From Albugo candida (taxonomy: Eukaryota), in the NCBI GenBank assembly GCA_040437565.1, contig JBDOQK010000031.1, positions 62,001 to 126,000 on the forward strand: a stretch of 64,000 nucleotides of DNA, in the 5' to 3' direction. The position numbers and the translations under genes are program-made. Of the stretch, positions 35,821-48,106 are shown piece by piece. Numbering within the stretch: the stretch's first letter is position 1; the number at the start of each line of letters is the position of its first letter. The notes under the pieces were generated by a model. That model ran no database searches and was not told where the DNA came from. It was given only the letters and a program-made list of their open reading frames with translations.

Positions 35821-36809
35821 NNNNNNNNNNNNNNNNNNNNNNNNNNNNNNNNNNNNNNNNNNNNNNNNNNNNNNNNNNNNNNNNNNNNNNNNNNNNNNNN
35901 NNNNNNNNNNNNNNNNNNNNTTAGCAACATTAAAATTTTGTGAGCTGTGGTTGGTTAGATCAATTGTCTGTGGCCGCAGTACTTTTGTCGGTGGCCCGTA
36001 GCGTTAATGTCTGTGGCCATAGCGGCTCCCATAATTTAAATGTGTAAATGCTATGACTGCTGAATCTATCGTTGATTTACTGATTGGTTGTTTAAGATTG
36101 TGTAATGAATGGGAAAGGTTATCACAAAACTAAGAGCGACGAATAAAATTCTCCATAGCCTGCCTGTACATTCCTAATTGCCACCTGCTTATACCTATCT
36201 CCTCATTTTGATTTTAAGGCTCCCAGCTGGGCCAAAATTTCCGCGCGGAATTCTTGGGCAAGCGGGACATCGTCGGCGGAATCGTTTATCAATTTTAATA
36301 GCCTGGAAAAGAACCCGGTAAGAAGAAATCATACACGAATAATCGAGGCTTACCTCATCGTCGTTGGTAATTGTTATTGTGATGGGATGAGTCTGGACAA
36401 ACGGCAGATATCAGTTAGAAAGTATCAAACGGGTCTTGAGACAAACCTGCATGCATGAATGGTGTTTAACTTACAAAATCGCGCACTATTTCAAACAGCA
36501 CGGTCGTTCAATTTCGTCATGGCGACGGAAGTCGCCCGTGGTTGAACTATTTCAATGTCGTGTGGACCACAAATCGACCCTATTCCAACAGGAAGACGTT
36601 AAGGTGGAGAAGAGGCCGTGGTCATGTAGCACATATGTGTTGAATAGAGTAAGGGGTGTCCCGTATAAGATCTGCCGTGCAATAATATGTAATCCTTTTA
36701 TTATCCTAAAAAAGCGGCGGGGGATGTTTATCAGTATATATAAAACATATGTGGGGGGGTCCGGTTAGCAAAGAGGGGGTGTCCAGATAGAAGCTCCCTA
36801 TTTTATTTA

Positions 36810-37756
36810 GGGAATTGCTATTTCCACACAACTTTTTGCTACATCCACCAACCGCATGACTTTTTGACCAATCAGATTACGGCGTTATTTCCGCCCAAGT
36901 TCTCTACTAGGGAATTGCTATTTCTACCCACCACGTGACTTTCTGACCAATCAAATTTCAGCTTTATTTCCAATCAACTTTTTACTATATGGCTACAGTT
37001 TCACAGTCTTGCATGCCGATCGAAGGTATCAGAACTCAAAGTTGCACACCTTTCTAGAATCCCAATTCTAGATCAGCTAACTTTATCATGCTTTTCGTTG
37101 TACCGCGTCGTTCGCAAACAGTAAAGTACGCATCTACGGATCGCCATCATATGTCGCCTATATACTACATCCTGCGAGAAAGTCTTTGGAAGTTGAAAGT
37201 ACGTTCAGCCTGGTCTGATAATTGGACTGATAACGACAGCGGTCTTTTGCCGTATTTTTTTGTAACACGAGAAAAAATTAGAATAACTTGTAAATACATT
37301 TGTAACTTGTTTATGCCGGTTTTCAAGCGCACAGACGCCCTGGAGTTGTACTGTTATGGGATGGGCTATCGTTTCCAGATGTTGCACGTAGCTGTTTTCA
37401 GCGGACTGCCATTTTTATACCGCTATACCGCTTGTATGCATCACCCGAATTCCGAAGTGCCCTATGGTGCAATCGAGTTCACGTTTGCGTAAGCTCTAGC
37501 GGAATTCTTTGTACTGAAAAAGGTACTCTTCATTATCTCTTATGGATGCGACACGGATAGCGGATTTTCAATACACCTGGTGTCAGGCCGTTCATTGCAA
37601 ATTATATGCATCCAGGGTGGGTCTACCAATCAAAACTTCTGAGAGAGGTGCCCCTATCATAAATAGGTGGGTGAAAATAGTAAAAAAAATTGATGGAAAT
37701 AACGCCGTAATCTGATTGGGCAAAAAGTCACGCGGTGGGTGGGAATAGCAATTCCC
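36810..37756. mobile_element. Non-autonomous MULE-like element E with doubled left TIR
   Basis: GGGAATTGCTATT at 36810 and again at 36910, and AATAGCAATTCCC ending at 37756. 8-bp TSD TTTATTTA (36802-36809, 37757-37764). Confidence 0.78.
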
Positions 37757-37767
37757 TTTATTTATTC

Positions 37768-39901
37768 GGGAACCTATGAAATTTATACCACTTCTTATAA
37801 AAATATGTTTTATATACAAAAAGTTTGAAAAGTATGGGTTATATACCAGAACGAATATTACACGGGTTAAATTGCAAACAGATGAAAAATACGACAAAAA
37901 CTCTGGAATTTATTTATAATTACAAAAAAAATACCAGAAAGTCTGAAGTTTACACATTCTTGAGTGCCATATCGCTAGAGCATTCACATCTGACGAATAT
38001 GGCGGATATGGCGACTGCCGCCAACGACAGCTACGCTGGCGAGACACAAGGGTCAAGTGACGGCTGCTGGCCAGGGGACTGGGGAGATGGGAGTGCATAT
38101 TTCTACTCACACAACTACATCACTCGCGACGACATATCACGTTCGATAGTTAAACACGACGAGAAAGTTGGACGAGCGTTTCGTGTCATATCGAGCGACC
38201 GCAGACGCTACAAGGTGCTGTGTGTCGATCCAAATTGCAGCTTCGCAGTCGCTGTTGCGTATGATAGGGAATTTAAGCCGCCTCATACGTTCGTGCCGCA
38301 CACATGCGACGCTACGAGGGTTGACTTGGCTTCATGCGAAGCGAGTCGTGGAAAAAAGACTTCAGTCGTCGCTTCGCTTGATTCGGCCCTCCAGTTCGTC
38401 GTTGATAATGGTCGTGACGCCAATCCAGCTGAGATGTAGAAGAAGCAGACGGCTAATAGGCGTCAAATGACGTACCAGAATTCTGTCGACGCCTGCATTC
38501 GACTCAAAGCGCAAGTCTTCGATAAAGACCGCACACAGTATCAGTTCATGCTGTCACACGTACACGAAATGAACAGAAGCGGACACAAGGCAGACATCGC
38601 CTTGCGTGAGGACAAAATGTTTCGGGCTGTCATCGTGTACAAGCCCGAAATTCGTGTGCTTCGCGAATTTGCAGATCGCTGTATCAATCTGGAAGGCAGG
38701 CACATTCATAAAGCACAAATATGGTGGAGTCCTTCTTGTCGCTTGCTGGTAAAACAGCAACAATGAGATCCAAATTGTCGCGGTCGCTTGGGTGTTGAGC
38801 GAGTCAAAAAACAATTGCTCATGGTTCCTGGACTTTCTTCTACGGTGTATAGAAGCGCCAGCGTTCGTTATCTCTGACCGTGACAAGGGTCTCATTGACA
38901 TCCCTCACTTTGTTTGTGTTTGTCACATACTCGAGAATGTCAACGCCAGTGCGACACTGAAGGACCAGGCATGCAATCTGGCAAAGTCCTTTACGGCTGC
39001 GTCGTTCGAACGGAGAGCCAGTGAGTTGAAGAAACAATTCAAAGGCGTTGCAATGGCTACTCGATGCATACAAGCTCAAATGGGCTGTCGCGTATAGTAC
39101 GTACGCGCTTTGGGACCATGGCAAGCAACAACGTGAAGGTTGTTGATAACATCCTGCTTAAGGCTAGAGAGGAACCACTTCTGGACTGCTTCATGGCGGT
39201 GGAAAATTACATGGGGATCAAGCGGGTTAAATTTGTCGCCAAGTCGGATTCGTGGTGGGAGCTCACAGCTTACGAAAGCAAGAATTCGAGCGCAAGCGCT
39301 TTGTATCTGTCGTTGACAAGATCGAAATCATCCCGAGTTGCATGTCATCCTTCGTGGTCAAGGTGAGGAAGGATGGGGAGCTGTCGAGTGTTCTGTCGAT
39401 CTAGATAATCCTGAAATTCCGTGTTCTTGAGGCTACTTTGGTGACATGAAAGGGCCACGCTATCATCTCTATGCGGTCCTTCTATGCGTCAACAAGCTGT
39501 AACTACTCAAGACTTTCTATGATGCGTCGTGGACCAAGGAGTTGTACGAGCGTGCTTATGACCCTATGGTAAAGATGATTCCATGAGTGACGATGGATGG
39601 ACTGACGCGTTTAGAATAGCACCATCCACTCACGATGTCAAAGAAACGTGGCCCTCCGAAGAAGTCGAAGCGAATCGAGACCCAGGGCCACAGAAGCTTT
39701 CAAGAAGAAGCGCAGCAACAAGTTCACTACATGCGGTAACTACGGCCACAACAAGCGCACCTGCTAGGATTATTCTTTTCCTAGTTATAAAACAATATAA
39801 CTTTCATAATTTTACATCAACTTTGAACTTTTTGGTGTATTTTTCAAATTTTTGCATAAATCATATTTTTTGAAGAAAGTAATATAAAATCCCCATATTC
39901 C
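37768..39901 (+). mobile_element. MULE F with degenerate MuDR-type transposase
   Basis: SSDRRRYKVLCVDPNCSFAV (MuDR), FVISDRDKGL..CVCHILENV (MULE DDE), a SWIM remnant and a C-terminal knuckle CGNYGHNKRTC. AT-rich imperfect TIRs. TSD TATTTATTC/TATTGATTC (8/9 match). Confidence 0.85.
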
Positions 39902-41359
39902 TATTGATTCAGTTGCAATTTATCAGACCAAACAGAGGCCACGGATTTCAATTAATATATCAATAAAGTGGGTGGGGGTGAATTACGACTTCTTTTTAAA
40001 TTTTTTTGTTATCTTGGTATACTATTTTATAATCCCTAGAAGATACTTCATTATAAAAAACAACTTTCAATTAATTTTGTATTTTCATATTTATATAAAC
40101 CAGGCAGCCCCACCCACCTACAAGGTCCCCCGCACGACTACCTTCGGGTCGTTTATGTTGAAAGTATTTATTATGCACTTGTTGCAATAGAGGTAGGTGT
40201 AAATGTGAGTATATTTAGCGGTAACCTTGTTTGTCAACACCACAACATGCATGTGCAACATCATTACAAACTTGACTATGTAATCATTTACACGACGTCC
40301 GTCTGGTCCCTCGTGGTGACCGTCTCTCCTTGTCCCATCTGTCATGTTGTCACCAAACATCCGTTCAGGTGAGGTCAGACTTTACCTCTAATGGATCTTG
40401 TAGTAGAGACTTAAGCCCTTGACGACCTATGAGAAACAGTATCGTCTAACACTTTACTTCCTTCACTTCCTACTACCCGTGTCGAAAACATTTTTACATA
40501 ATATACCACCCTCGAAGCGATATTTTCCCCGTTATCACAGCGGGGTCTTGACTCATCGATAGTCGTGCAAGTCAAAATGTCATCACAACTGCACGCTAAG
40601 ACAGTTGCTTGTTGCGTTTAAAAGCATTATACTGTATTGGTTTTCTGAGGATGCTTCGCTAAATTGGCGGATTGCGTGGTAGCCGGAAAATTGAAAAGTA
40701 AAACTGCAGGATATGTATTCAATGGACTATCGAATTTCCCAAACGTTATTCCTTCCATGAGTATGCAATACAGAACTTGTACATTTCATGAAAGCTTATG
40801 GTCGACGACATGCTAAATACATCCAAGCAGAGGCTTGTACAATCGCTGTACTATCCAATGCTACTGTCTCACCATGTACAATTTGGATCGACTAGGCTTA
40901 TAAACTCCTTCAATGTTGCTGTTTTCTAAGTTGGCAAGTAGCGACAAGTTGTTAGAACGCTAGCTGCTTCCTATACCACGTACCAGGCGACGTATTGACC
41001 TGCCCCTGAGGCATATTCTGAAGGCAATGAAAAAAAGAAAGAAGCGGCAGGAATATCTCAGTCTTCCGTGAAACTCCTTTCACACTAAACAACTTACTTT
41101 CTTACCTCTGGAGATTTACCCTTCTGTATGTCTACTTCCACGGTGAGAAGCAAGGAGATATTTAGTCATTGTCGAAGCTGTCACACAACGCTGTCGGCTC
41201 ACACGGGCATGATATATTACCTGAACAGTGTTACACCTTTTTCCTCAGATTTACCTACACGCTTTTAAGCCGCATCCAGATAAAAGTTTTCTGCTTTTGG
41301 GGCCCCTTTCCATCGTCTGTTGCTTTCGAAATTATTTTTTTTTGCGCACAAACAACGGC

Positions 41360-42330
41360 ACGCACTACGGCCGGAGGTCGAAGCACGTTCAGACTTTCTG
41401 ACTAAAATCACAGCACATGTCAACATAATACGTGTCAAAATGGTGCAAAGCGAAATCATATTTAATGTGCGCTGTTTGAGAACTGGCAACCGTTCTTTCC
41501 GTGCTTGCATTCTGGTGATTTTTGTCCAACTTATTCCAGGACAATCCGGTGACCAATACGAAATTAGTCAGACTTTGGAAGAAAATATCGCATTGAGCAT
41601 AAACCATGTAGCAATAAATCGATAGGATTTCACAGTCCGCTAAGCCTATTTGTTTTTGAGGACTTGATGTGACAATGCAAAATCCTTGAAGCATCGTTGC
41701 TACTTTCTCACACTTCAGTTTAATGAAACATGGCTATCATGACATTTCTCAGCGACGTATGAATGCTTCGAGGAGAAGCTGCGTATAGAAAAGCTGAGAT
41801 ACCCAGCAACTTTTTCTCAATTCGTGAAGGATGCTTAAAAAACAAGTCCAAGATGCATCCGTATCAAAACCTAACGTGGGCCCTTTTTCACAGCTCTTCG
41901 AGAGCCGTCACATTTCTACACATGGATCGGAATGGAAATAAATTAAGAAATTTGAAGCAAGTAAACTGCGTGAAAGCTTGCTCGTGCACTGGATTGATCC
42001 ATCTTGTCTTTATAAAAACCTAGAACACGAGAACAACGAGATCTGGCTGAGATAGTATTTGAATTGCCGAATAGATCCTAAATTGATCAAAAATGACGCT
42101 TCCTTCCAGCTTTCAATTCCTTCAAACATTTTATCGAATACATTAGAGTGCGTATATTAGCGAGACAACCGTCTGTTGTTTTTGATTGGAAATTCGTCTC
42201 GATAAACTGGTGCGTAATGGGATCGACAGTTGATGTTAGAACCCTTTCCTCCTTTCAACATCACATAATCGAACCTGTATCGTTCAACGGGACTCGATGC
42301 GACTTGATGAAGGATATGAGATCAGAATAG
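41360..42330 (-). pseudogene. Degenerate duplicate of ARPC2 and its downstream flank
   Basis: Colinear nucleotide similarity to 15817-15900 and 16690-17600 (e.g. TGTAGCAATAAATCGA, ACTTGATGTGA, AGCATCGTTGCT, AAAGCTGAGATACCC, TTGATCC.T.TTGTCTT) with many indels and stops. Confidence 0.8.
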
Positions 42331-42647
42331 CTGGAACTCAGTCTTCGCAGCTTGGTAGTAGGGTTTGTCGGCAGTGAAGCAGGTACCACCTTCCTACTTT
42401 AGATGTTTCAATATGTTCAAATGCTACGATCAGGAATTTATGATTCTCATTGCGATGGTACAAAAGCATTCGAGTCCCTCAAAACAATCCCTCAAGCTTG
42501 ACGGGCTGGAACTAAGTGAGAATAAATGGATCGAAGAAGCAGCGAATNNNNNNNNNNNNNNNNNNNNNNNNNNNNNNNNNNNNNNNNNNNNNNNNNNNNN
42601 NNNNNNNNNNNNNNNNNNNNNNNNNNNNNNNNNNNNNNNNNNNNNNN

Positions 42648-42752
42648 TGCCTTTTTCCCGCAAGCTATTACCGTACAGCCTGATGCGTGTGGTGCGAGTA
42701 CAGCACTAATAGAAAAACACTTCAGCAATATTCGTTGCTTTCCAATTCGCAT
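42648..42752 (-). CDS. C69 peptidase paralog (copy 2), N-terminus only; body lost in gap
   Basis: MRIGKQRILLKCFSISAVLAPHASG|CTVIACGKKA. The other side of the gap (42430-42547) matches the C69 downstream flank at 45545-45660. Confidence 0.75.
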
Positions 42753-42774
42753 GCTGTTGTTCTCTAGTACTTGG

Positions 42775-42790
42775 AATATTGCAAAATGGG
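42775..42790 (-). promoter_or_regulatory. Oomycete Inr/FPR-like core promoter upstream of C69 copy 2
   Basis: CCCATTTTGCAATATT ~25-40 nt before the ATG, conserved at 48091-48106. Confidence 0.5.
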
Positions 42791-45700
42791 ATAAAGAGTT
42801 CTTTCGCCCGATACGTTCGTTTCGGACTTTTTCTATCCTGATTTCACTTCCTGCACTTTCTCGAAGGAGAAAATGCGTAGATACTGACTTTCAGAGAGCA
42901 TTCCATGTGCGATGCTGAACTCGATTCCAAGGCATAACAAGAAGTATTTGGCCATATTAATCTATCAAGATCTTGTTTCATGTACTTTCCTATAGCAACA
43001 GATGTGTAGCCAGTAGCCTATATAGAATGTGCATAATTCAATTTCAGGCCATAAAAAATGGATGTGTTTGGCAGCTTTCTCCATCAAAATTCCACTACCT
43101 GCAATTTCTCCGAGCATCTTTTGGTAGCTAGTGGCTTTTGTGGAATGAAGCTGTTCAATGTCCATAGACAAACCAGCACCATGAAAGGCTATGTTCACAT
43201 TCTCCATCAAGATGTTCTGTCTAGTTTTTCAAGGATTTTATGACCCTTTATCTCGTCCTTCGACGACATTCCGTATCCTATGATTAGTCCTTGACCGTGT
43301 GAATATCACTGAAGTCTTGCTACAACATGTGTTTTCTCTAGGAGCAGTTTTGTAGTCATTAGCTTTTAAAGAGCGTACAAACTTATGTGTCTCACGCATG
43401 GAAGGATTCCCATCCCATAACTTACTTGCCAAGTGTCTCGCACTGCTTCGTTTAATTTCGCAGGACGGTCGCATCACCTTTTTTACATCTTTTTTTTACC
43501 ATATTTCCGTGCTCTTAGCAAGTTAGTTGACCTTGGCTCGTCGTGATAGCGAAAATACAAAAGACGTCGTAAGGTGGAACGAGGTATAGGATGTGAGCAT
43601 GACGGACCACCTATTTCTCGTCGTTGGCGTTTTCGAAGATTAGTTAATAAAAGTACCTATCTTAGCTGGTCTAAACCTTTCTTTATGCTAAATGGAGTTT
43701 TTATTTATTACTTTGGTGCTCATCTTCGCTACTTTCGAGTTTGTAATAAGCGCGCTGACAAGCATTCAAAGCTAAACCGTCCCTTCTACCGGTGTATCGC
43801 TGCAAATGTATCGTAAACATCGTCCAAGACACTTGTAAGACCAAATAGCCACTGCCACGATTGATAGCTTTAACGACATTCTATATCGGGTTATCGCTAC
43901 CTTTCTATTATCTACAACGTAAGAGTATATTGAAGGATGCAAATCCACCAAGTAAACTTTGATGCGAGGTTTTCGTCCTCTTATCTGATGCATGCCCAAA
44001 AACGCAAAGGAGCCATCACGGTCGTGAATTTTATGTGAAACTGACATAACTAATTATCCAAGCTGCTGCGGAATGTAGGTGAAGCTCTAATCAATATACG
44101 ATGCTGGTCTCGAGGTGGAAGGTCGATAGAAAAACGACAAAATGCCATGTCGAGGTTTATTTAGCCATTGATATGAGAGTCACTCAGGATACATGGATTC
44201 CGCGCGTCTGATACGCATTGAAGTGCGGTTATTGCATGACAGTACTCTATATGCTGGTACTGAGACTTGTAAACAGCTCGGCATTCTCGTTCCAGGTCTC
44301 TCCATGCAACTAATATTTCAACAGCGTATATAGAAGCTCACTCAATATTCGAGTCATGTGTGCTTACCTACTCGATCCGTCGTGTGAAGTTCCTTTTAAA
44401 TTACGGATTGAGCATTTCTGGAGAGTGAGGTTCATCTCCAAATAGGTTCGAGGGGAGGTCATAGCGAAATATTGATAGGAGCAGACACTTTTGTTGCGAT
44501 TAATAAGGCATATTTCTATTAGTTTTCGATTTCAGCTCCTTTAAATAGTATCTGTCTTACCCCACCACGCTACGAGACATGCGCAGTTGTAACATAAAAA
44601 AATAAGTACAAATAGTCAAATAAACCGGGGTTCCNNNNNNNNNNNNNNNNNNNNNNNNNNNNNNNNNNNNNNNNNNNNNNNNNNNNNNNNNNNNNNNNNN
44701 NNNNNNNNNNNNNNNNNNNNNNNNNNNNNNNNNNAAAGCCATCCAACTAGGACTAGGATTGAGTTGCACTTGCAGTTCTACTTGCCATTGCCATTCCCGC
44801 AGCAATGATGGTCGGGAGTTCGAAACCAGCGAATTTTTTATCCTTTTTAGTTAATCGATACCTACGCCGGCTGATGGAGCTCGTGTTGATTATCAAAACC
44901 ACATAAGGTACCAAAAGTGCGCACCAAACGTGGTGCAGATTACAAAAAGCGCTTGCATTGTGAGCTAGATCGCTAATTACGATTCAATTTGGTCCATATT
45001 GTGGTTCATCGCATGCTCTGAAAGCCCGTTAGGTGGCAAAACCCATTGATAGTCTTCCACTCTGTCGGCACAATAGCACATGCAATATTCATTCAACGCG
45101 GTCAGGAGAATCGTAGCCCTAATGTGATCTGGTTTCGCATTCACACAGAACATGTCAGTATGAATGTATTTTACCAGCCAGAATCTAAATCGAATTGACA
45201 GCATCAAAAGAGCAGGACAGTCCTGAGGACACCATTTCGAAGATATCGTGATGTAGCAATAAACGTTCGAAGTGTTCTGTATTTGCAAGTCTGAGCGCTT
45301 CAGAGATGGCCAATTTGTCGACGAAGAACAATTTCAGGTTGCTTGATTGGGTTCCCGAACAATTTGGGAGAGTTGGGAGGGTCGAATAGATGGGAAAAGC
45401 ACTTTTTCTCCATGTTAGCACTTCCAGAAACGGTCTTGCGCTTGTAGTTATGATCTACTAACTAGGTGACTTCATCTAGGTGACTTCATCCTGCTCATTG
45501 CGAAGCAACTCTTCTTCGCCCTTTAGTATGTGTAGGATCTATAATCAGGAATTTATAATTTTCATTGCCATGGTACAAAAAGACAAGCGTCTACAAACAA
45601 TCCCTCAAGCTTGACGGGCTGGAACTAAGTGAGAATAAATGGATCGAAGAAGCAGCGAATGGCAAGCACACGAAAGATTATACAATTAATAAACTTTTGA

Positions 45701-45829
45701 AAGAGAAATACCCAGCAGTATATAAGCAAGCGTCCTGGTATTACTTGTAAAGCTCCCACTTCGCCATTTTACAGCTGCAGTTCCAGTCGTTTCAAAAATG
45801 AGCTTCTCACATGAGTGTCATCAAGAGTG

Positions 45830-46858
45830 CTAGGCGGCGGTTTCCGGTGTTACAAAGTCGGTCAGCTTCAGCCACCATTCTGGATATCCTGGATTCTCCA
45901 AGTCACTATTAGTCTCTCCAGTCAAGATCATTCCATCACTGTATTTTGCAATCAATATCCATGCCAATTTCCACCATTCATCTACAACATAAGCTGCAAA
46001 TTTATTCTTGGATTCTTCCAAATAGGTTAAGTCAGTTGCATTTATATCGGAGCCAAATCTGTGATTGTCAAGCTTCTTTTGGAATTCAAATGCCTCTTCC
46101 TGCAGCTCCTTAGCACGTTGCCGAACATCTATGCTTATAACGTCGAAACGCAAGAGGCTCCAGTTAAACACAAGATTGAATACTCTCCACGAAGACTTGA
46201 AACTAAACTCACTCTGTTTTCCAATCAGATATGATACTGGAATGCTTTTTTGCTGACATGAAAATGGAACATAAACTGTTCCGTGAGGGCAACCTTGTCC
46301 GTACCAAATAATTCCGCCAACAGCATCTGGTAAAAATGATCTTGTTTGTAAAACATAGCTGTATATAGTTCGATAGATTGATATTGGCCGTTCCCATCGT
46401 CCAAGAAGTGAATATGTTTGCCAGCGAACTGGTGATCCGAATGGACCAGCCGCGATACCTTTCGTCAAATCGTAGCGTGTGTTCTGATAATAATCTTTGA
46501 GAACATCCATCACATTGTTGGCAGTTACGAGTGCATCTGGTTTGACGGAGAACGGATATGTCTTTTTCTTCGCCCACCAGCCTAACCGAGAATCCAACAG
46601 AAGAGATGGAGCCAGAAGATCGTACACTCTCCACATGCGTCTACCGATCGTGTATGCGACGAATTCATCGTGCTCTTGATATCCATAAACCTTTGTAAAA
46701 TCGAACGGTTTGCCTAGTGAACTGTTCCACCAACCCATCTCCTCACAGAGACTGAAGATGTTTCTGGATGCCATGAAGAAATCCGGTTTTTTCAAATCGA
46801 TCTCGCGTATTGTAAATCCGTTTGCGATCACTGTGATATGATCATCGGCAACGCGTTG
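45830..46858 (-). CDS. C69 peptidase paralog (copy 3), C-terminal half, ends before the TM anchor
   Basis: QRVADDHITVIANGF...PGYPEWWLKLTDFVTPETAA* is colinear with copy 1. The 5' part lies in the gap. Confidence 0.85.
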   Translation of the reverse strand, partial: QRVADDHITVIANGFTIREIDLKKPDFFMASRNIFSLCEEMGWWNSSLGKPFDFTKVYGYQEHDEFVAYTIGRRMWRVYDLLAPSLLLDSRLGWWAKKKTYPFSVKPDALVTANNVMDVLKDYYQNTRYDLTKGIAAGPFGSPVRWQTYSLLGRWERPISIYRTIYSYVLQTRSFLPDAVGGIIWYGQGCPHGTVYVPFSCQQKSIPVSYLIGKQSEFSFKSSWRVFNLVFNWSLLRFDVISIDVRQRAKELQEEAFEFQKKLDNHRFGSDINATDLTYLEESKNKFAAYVVDEWWKLAWILIAKYSDGMILTGETNSDLENPGYPEWWLKLTDFVTPETAA

Positions 46859-46958
46859 NNNNNNNNNNNNNNNNNNNNNNNNNNNNNNNNNNNNNNNNNN
46901 NNNNNNNNNNNNNNNNNNNNNNNNNNNNNNNNNNNNNNNNNNNNNNNNNNNNNNNNNN

Positions 46959-48068
46959 GTTCTGATAATAATCTTTGAGAACATCCATCACATTGTTGGC
47001 AGTTACGAGTGCATCTGGTTTGACCGAGAACGGATATGTCTTTTTCTTCGCCCACCAGCCTAACCGAGAATCCAAAAGAAGAGATGGAGCCAGAAGATCG
47101 TACACTCTCCACATGCGTCTACCGATCGCGTATGCGTGCTTCTGATTAGGCCCTTGATATCCATAAACTCGTGTGAAATCAAAAGGTTCGACGTAAGACT
47201 TGTTCCACCAACCCATTTCTTCACAAAAACTGAAGATATTTTTGGATGCCATAAAGTAATCCGGTTTTTCCAAATCGATCTCACGTATTGTAAATCCGTT
47301 TGCGATCACTGTGATATGATCATCGGCAACGCGTTGAGCCGCCCAAACAGCGCTGGCGTTATTTTTACCGGTCAAAATGTTGAAGATCCATACTTCTCCA
47401 TGTTTGTCGGAGATAGCCAGTGATTCAGAGGAATCTGAATATGCTGGTCTATCTGGGGAGCCACTTAATTCACCGTAAAAGCCATACTCTTCCGCCAGGG
47501 AGCCCATTGTTTGAATAGCACAGCGAGCGGAGACGCATCGTTCTAATGCAATTTTTGAAAGCTCATTGATTGAAAATAGATTGTATCCGTAGGACAGATA
47601 ATTGGGCCATCCAACGGTACGCGCTCCACATGTACTTTCAGGCATACTCAACTGCATGTCATTCATAATTCCATAATCTTGGTCATAGTAGCCGTACGTA
47701 TTCGAAATTTGTGGTATGTACCCCAACGGAACAAAAAGTTCTTCAAAACGTTTTGTATCTGACGAATTAAAAGGCTCAAGCTCTTTAGGCTTGTAATTCG
47801 GGCCGCGATCATTAACGACCAGACGTGGATACCCTGCGTTAAATTCATAAACAGCTCTTCGAGAGTTTGCAGAATGTTGTTGAGCAGGTACTCGGACAAG
47901 ACGTAGATCGGATGGCACAAAACCGGTGTCATCAGTGTGAGCAAGTAGCGTCGACCCATCTGCTGTCGCTTTTTTGCCGCAAGCAATCACCGTACAGCCT
48001 GATGCGTATGACGATATTACAGCAACAAGAAAACACCTGAGCAACGCTTGTGGCTTTCCAAGTCGCAT
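46959..48068 (-). CDS. C69 peptidase paralog (copy 4), N-terminal part
   Basis: Signal peptide + SG|CTVIACGKKATADGSTLLAHTDD, open to the gap. Differs from copy 3 in the overlapping segment. Confidence 0.88.
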
Positions 48069-48090
48069 ATTCTTGTTCTTAAGTACTTGG

Positions 48091-48106
48091 AATATTGTAA
48101 AATGAG
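48091..48106 (-). promoter_or_regulatory. Oomycete Inr/FPR-like core promoter upstream of C69 copy 4
   Basis: CTCATTTTACAATATT resembles the oomycete CTCATTYYNCAWTT consensus. Confidence 0.55.

Larger units (their letters stand above)
35226..36030. mobile_element. Non-autonomous MULE D nested in B (contains SINE A and an L1-like 5' end)
   Basis: ~95-bp TIR GGGAGCCGCTATGGCCACAGACATTAA.... Perfect 9-bp TSD ATAATTTAA (35217-35225, 36031-36039). Confidence 0.88.
33977..36798. mobile_element. MULE-like element B (contains elements C and D)
   Basis: TIR GGGAGCTTCTATCYGGACACCCCCTCTTTGCTAA at both ends. 8-bp TSD TATTTTAT (33969-33976, 36799-36806). Confidence 0.82.
31148..40375. mobile_element. Outer non-autonomous TIR element (~200-bp inverted repeats) hosting a nest of MULEs
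   Basis: 31148-31350 is an imperfect reverse complement of 40174-40375 (CACCTRAACGGMTGTTTGGTGACAACATGACAGATGGGACAAGGAGAGACGGTCAC...). No TSD recognised. Confidence 0.7.

Noticed and set aside
42960-45480. Short ORFs between the C69 copies
   Set aside because: No recognisable family or consistent exon chain. Probably decayed repeat or intergenic DNA.
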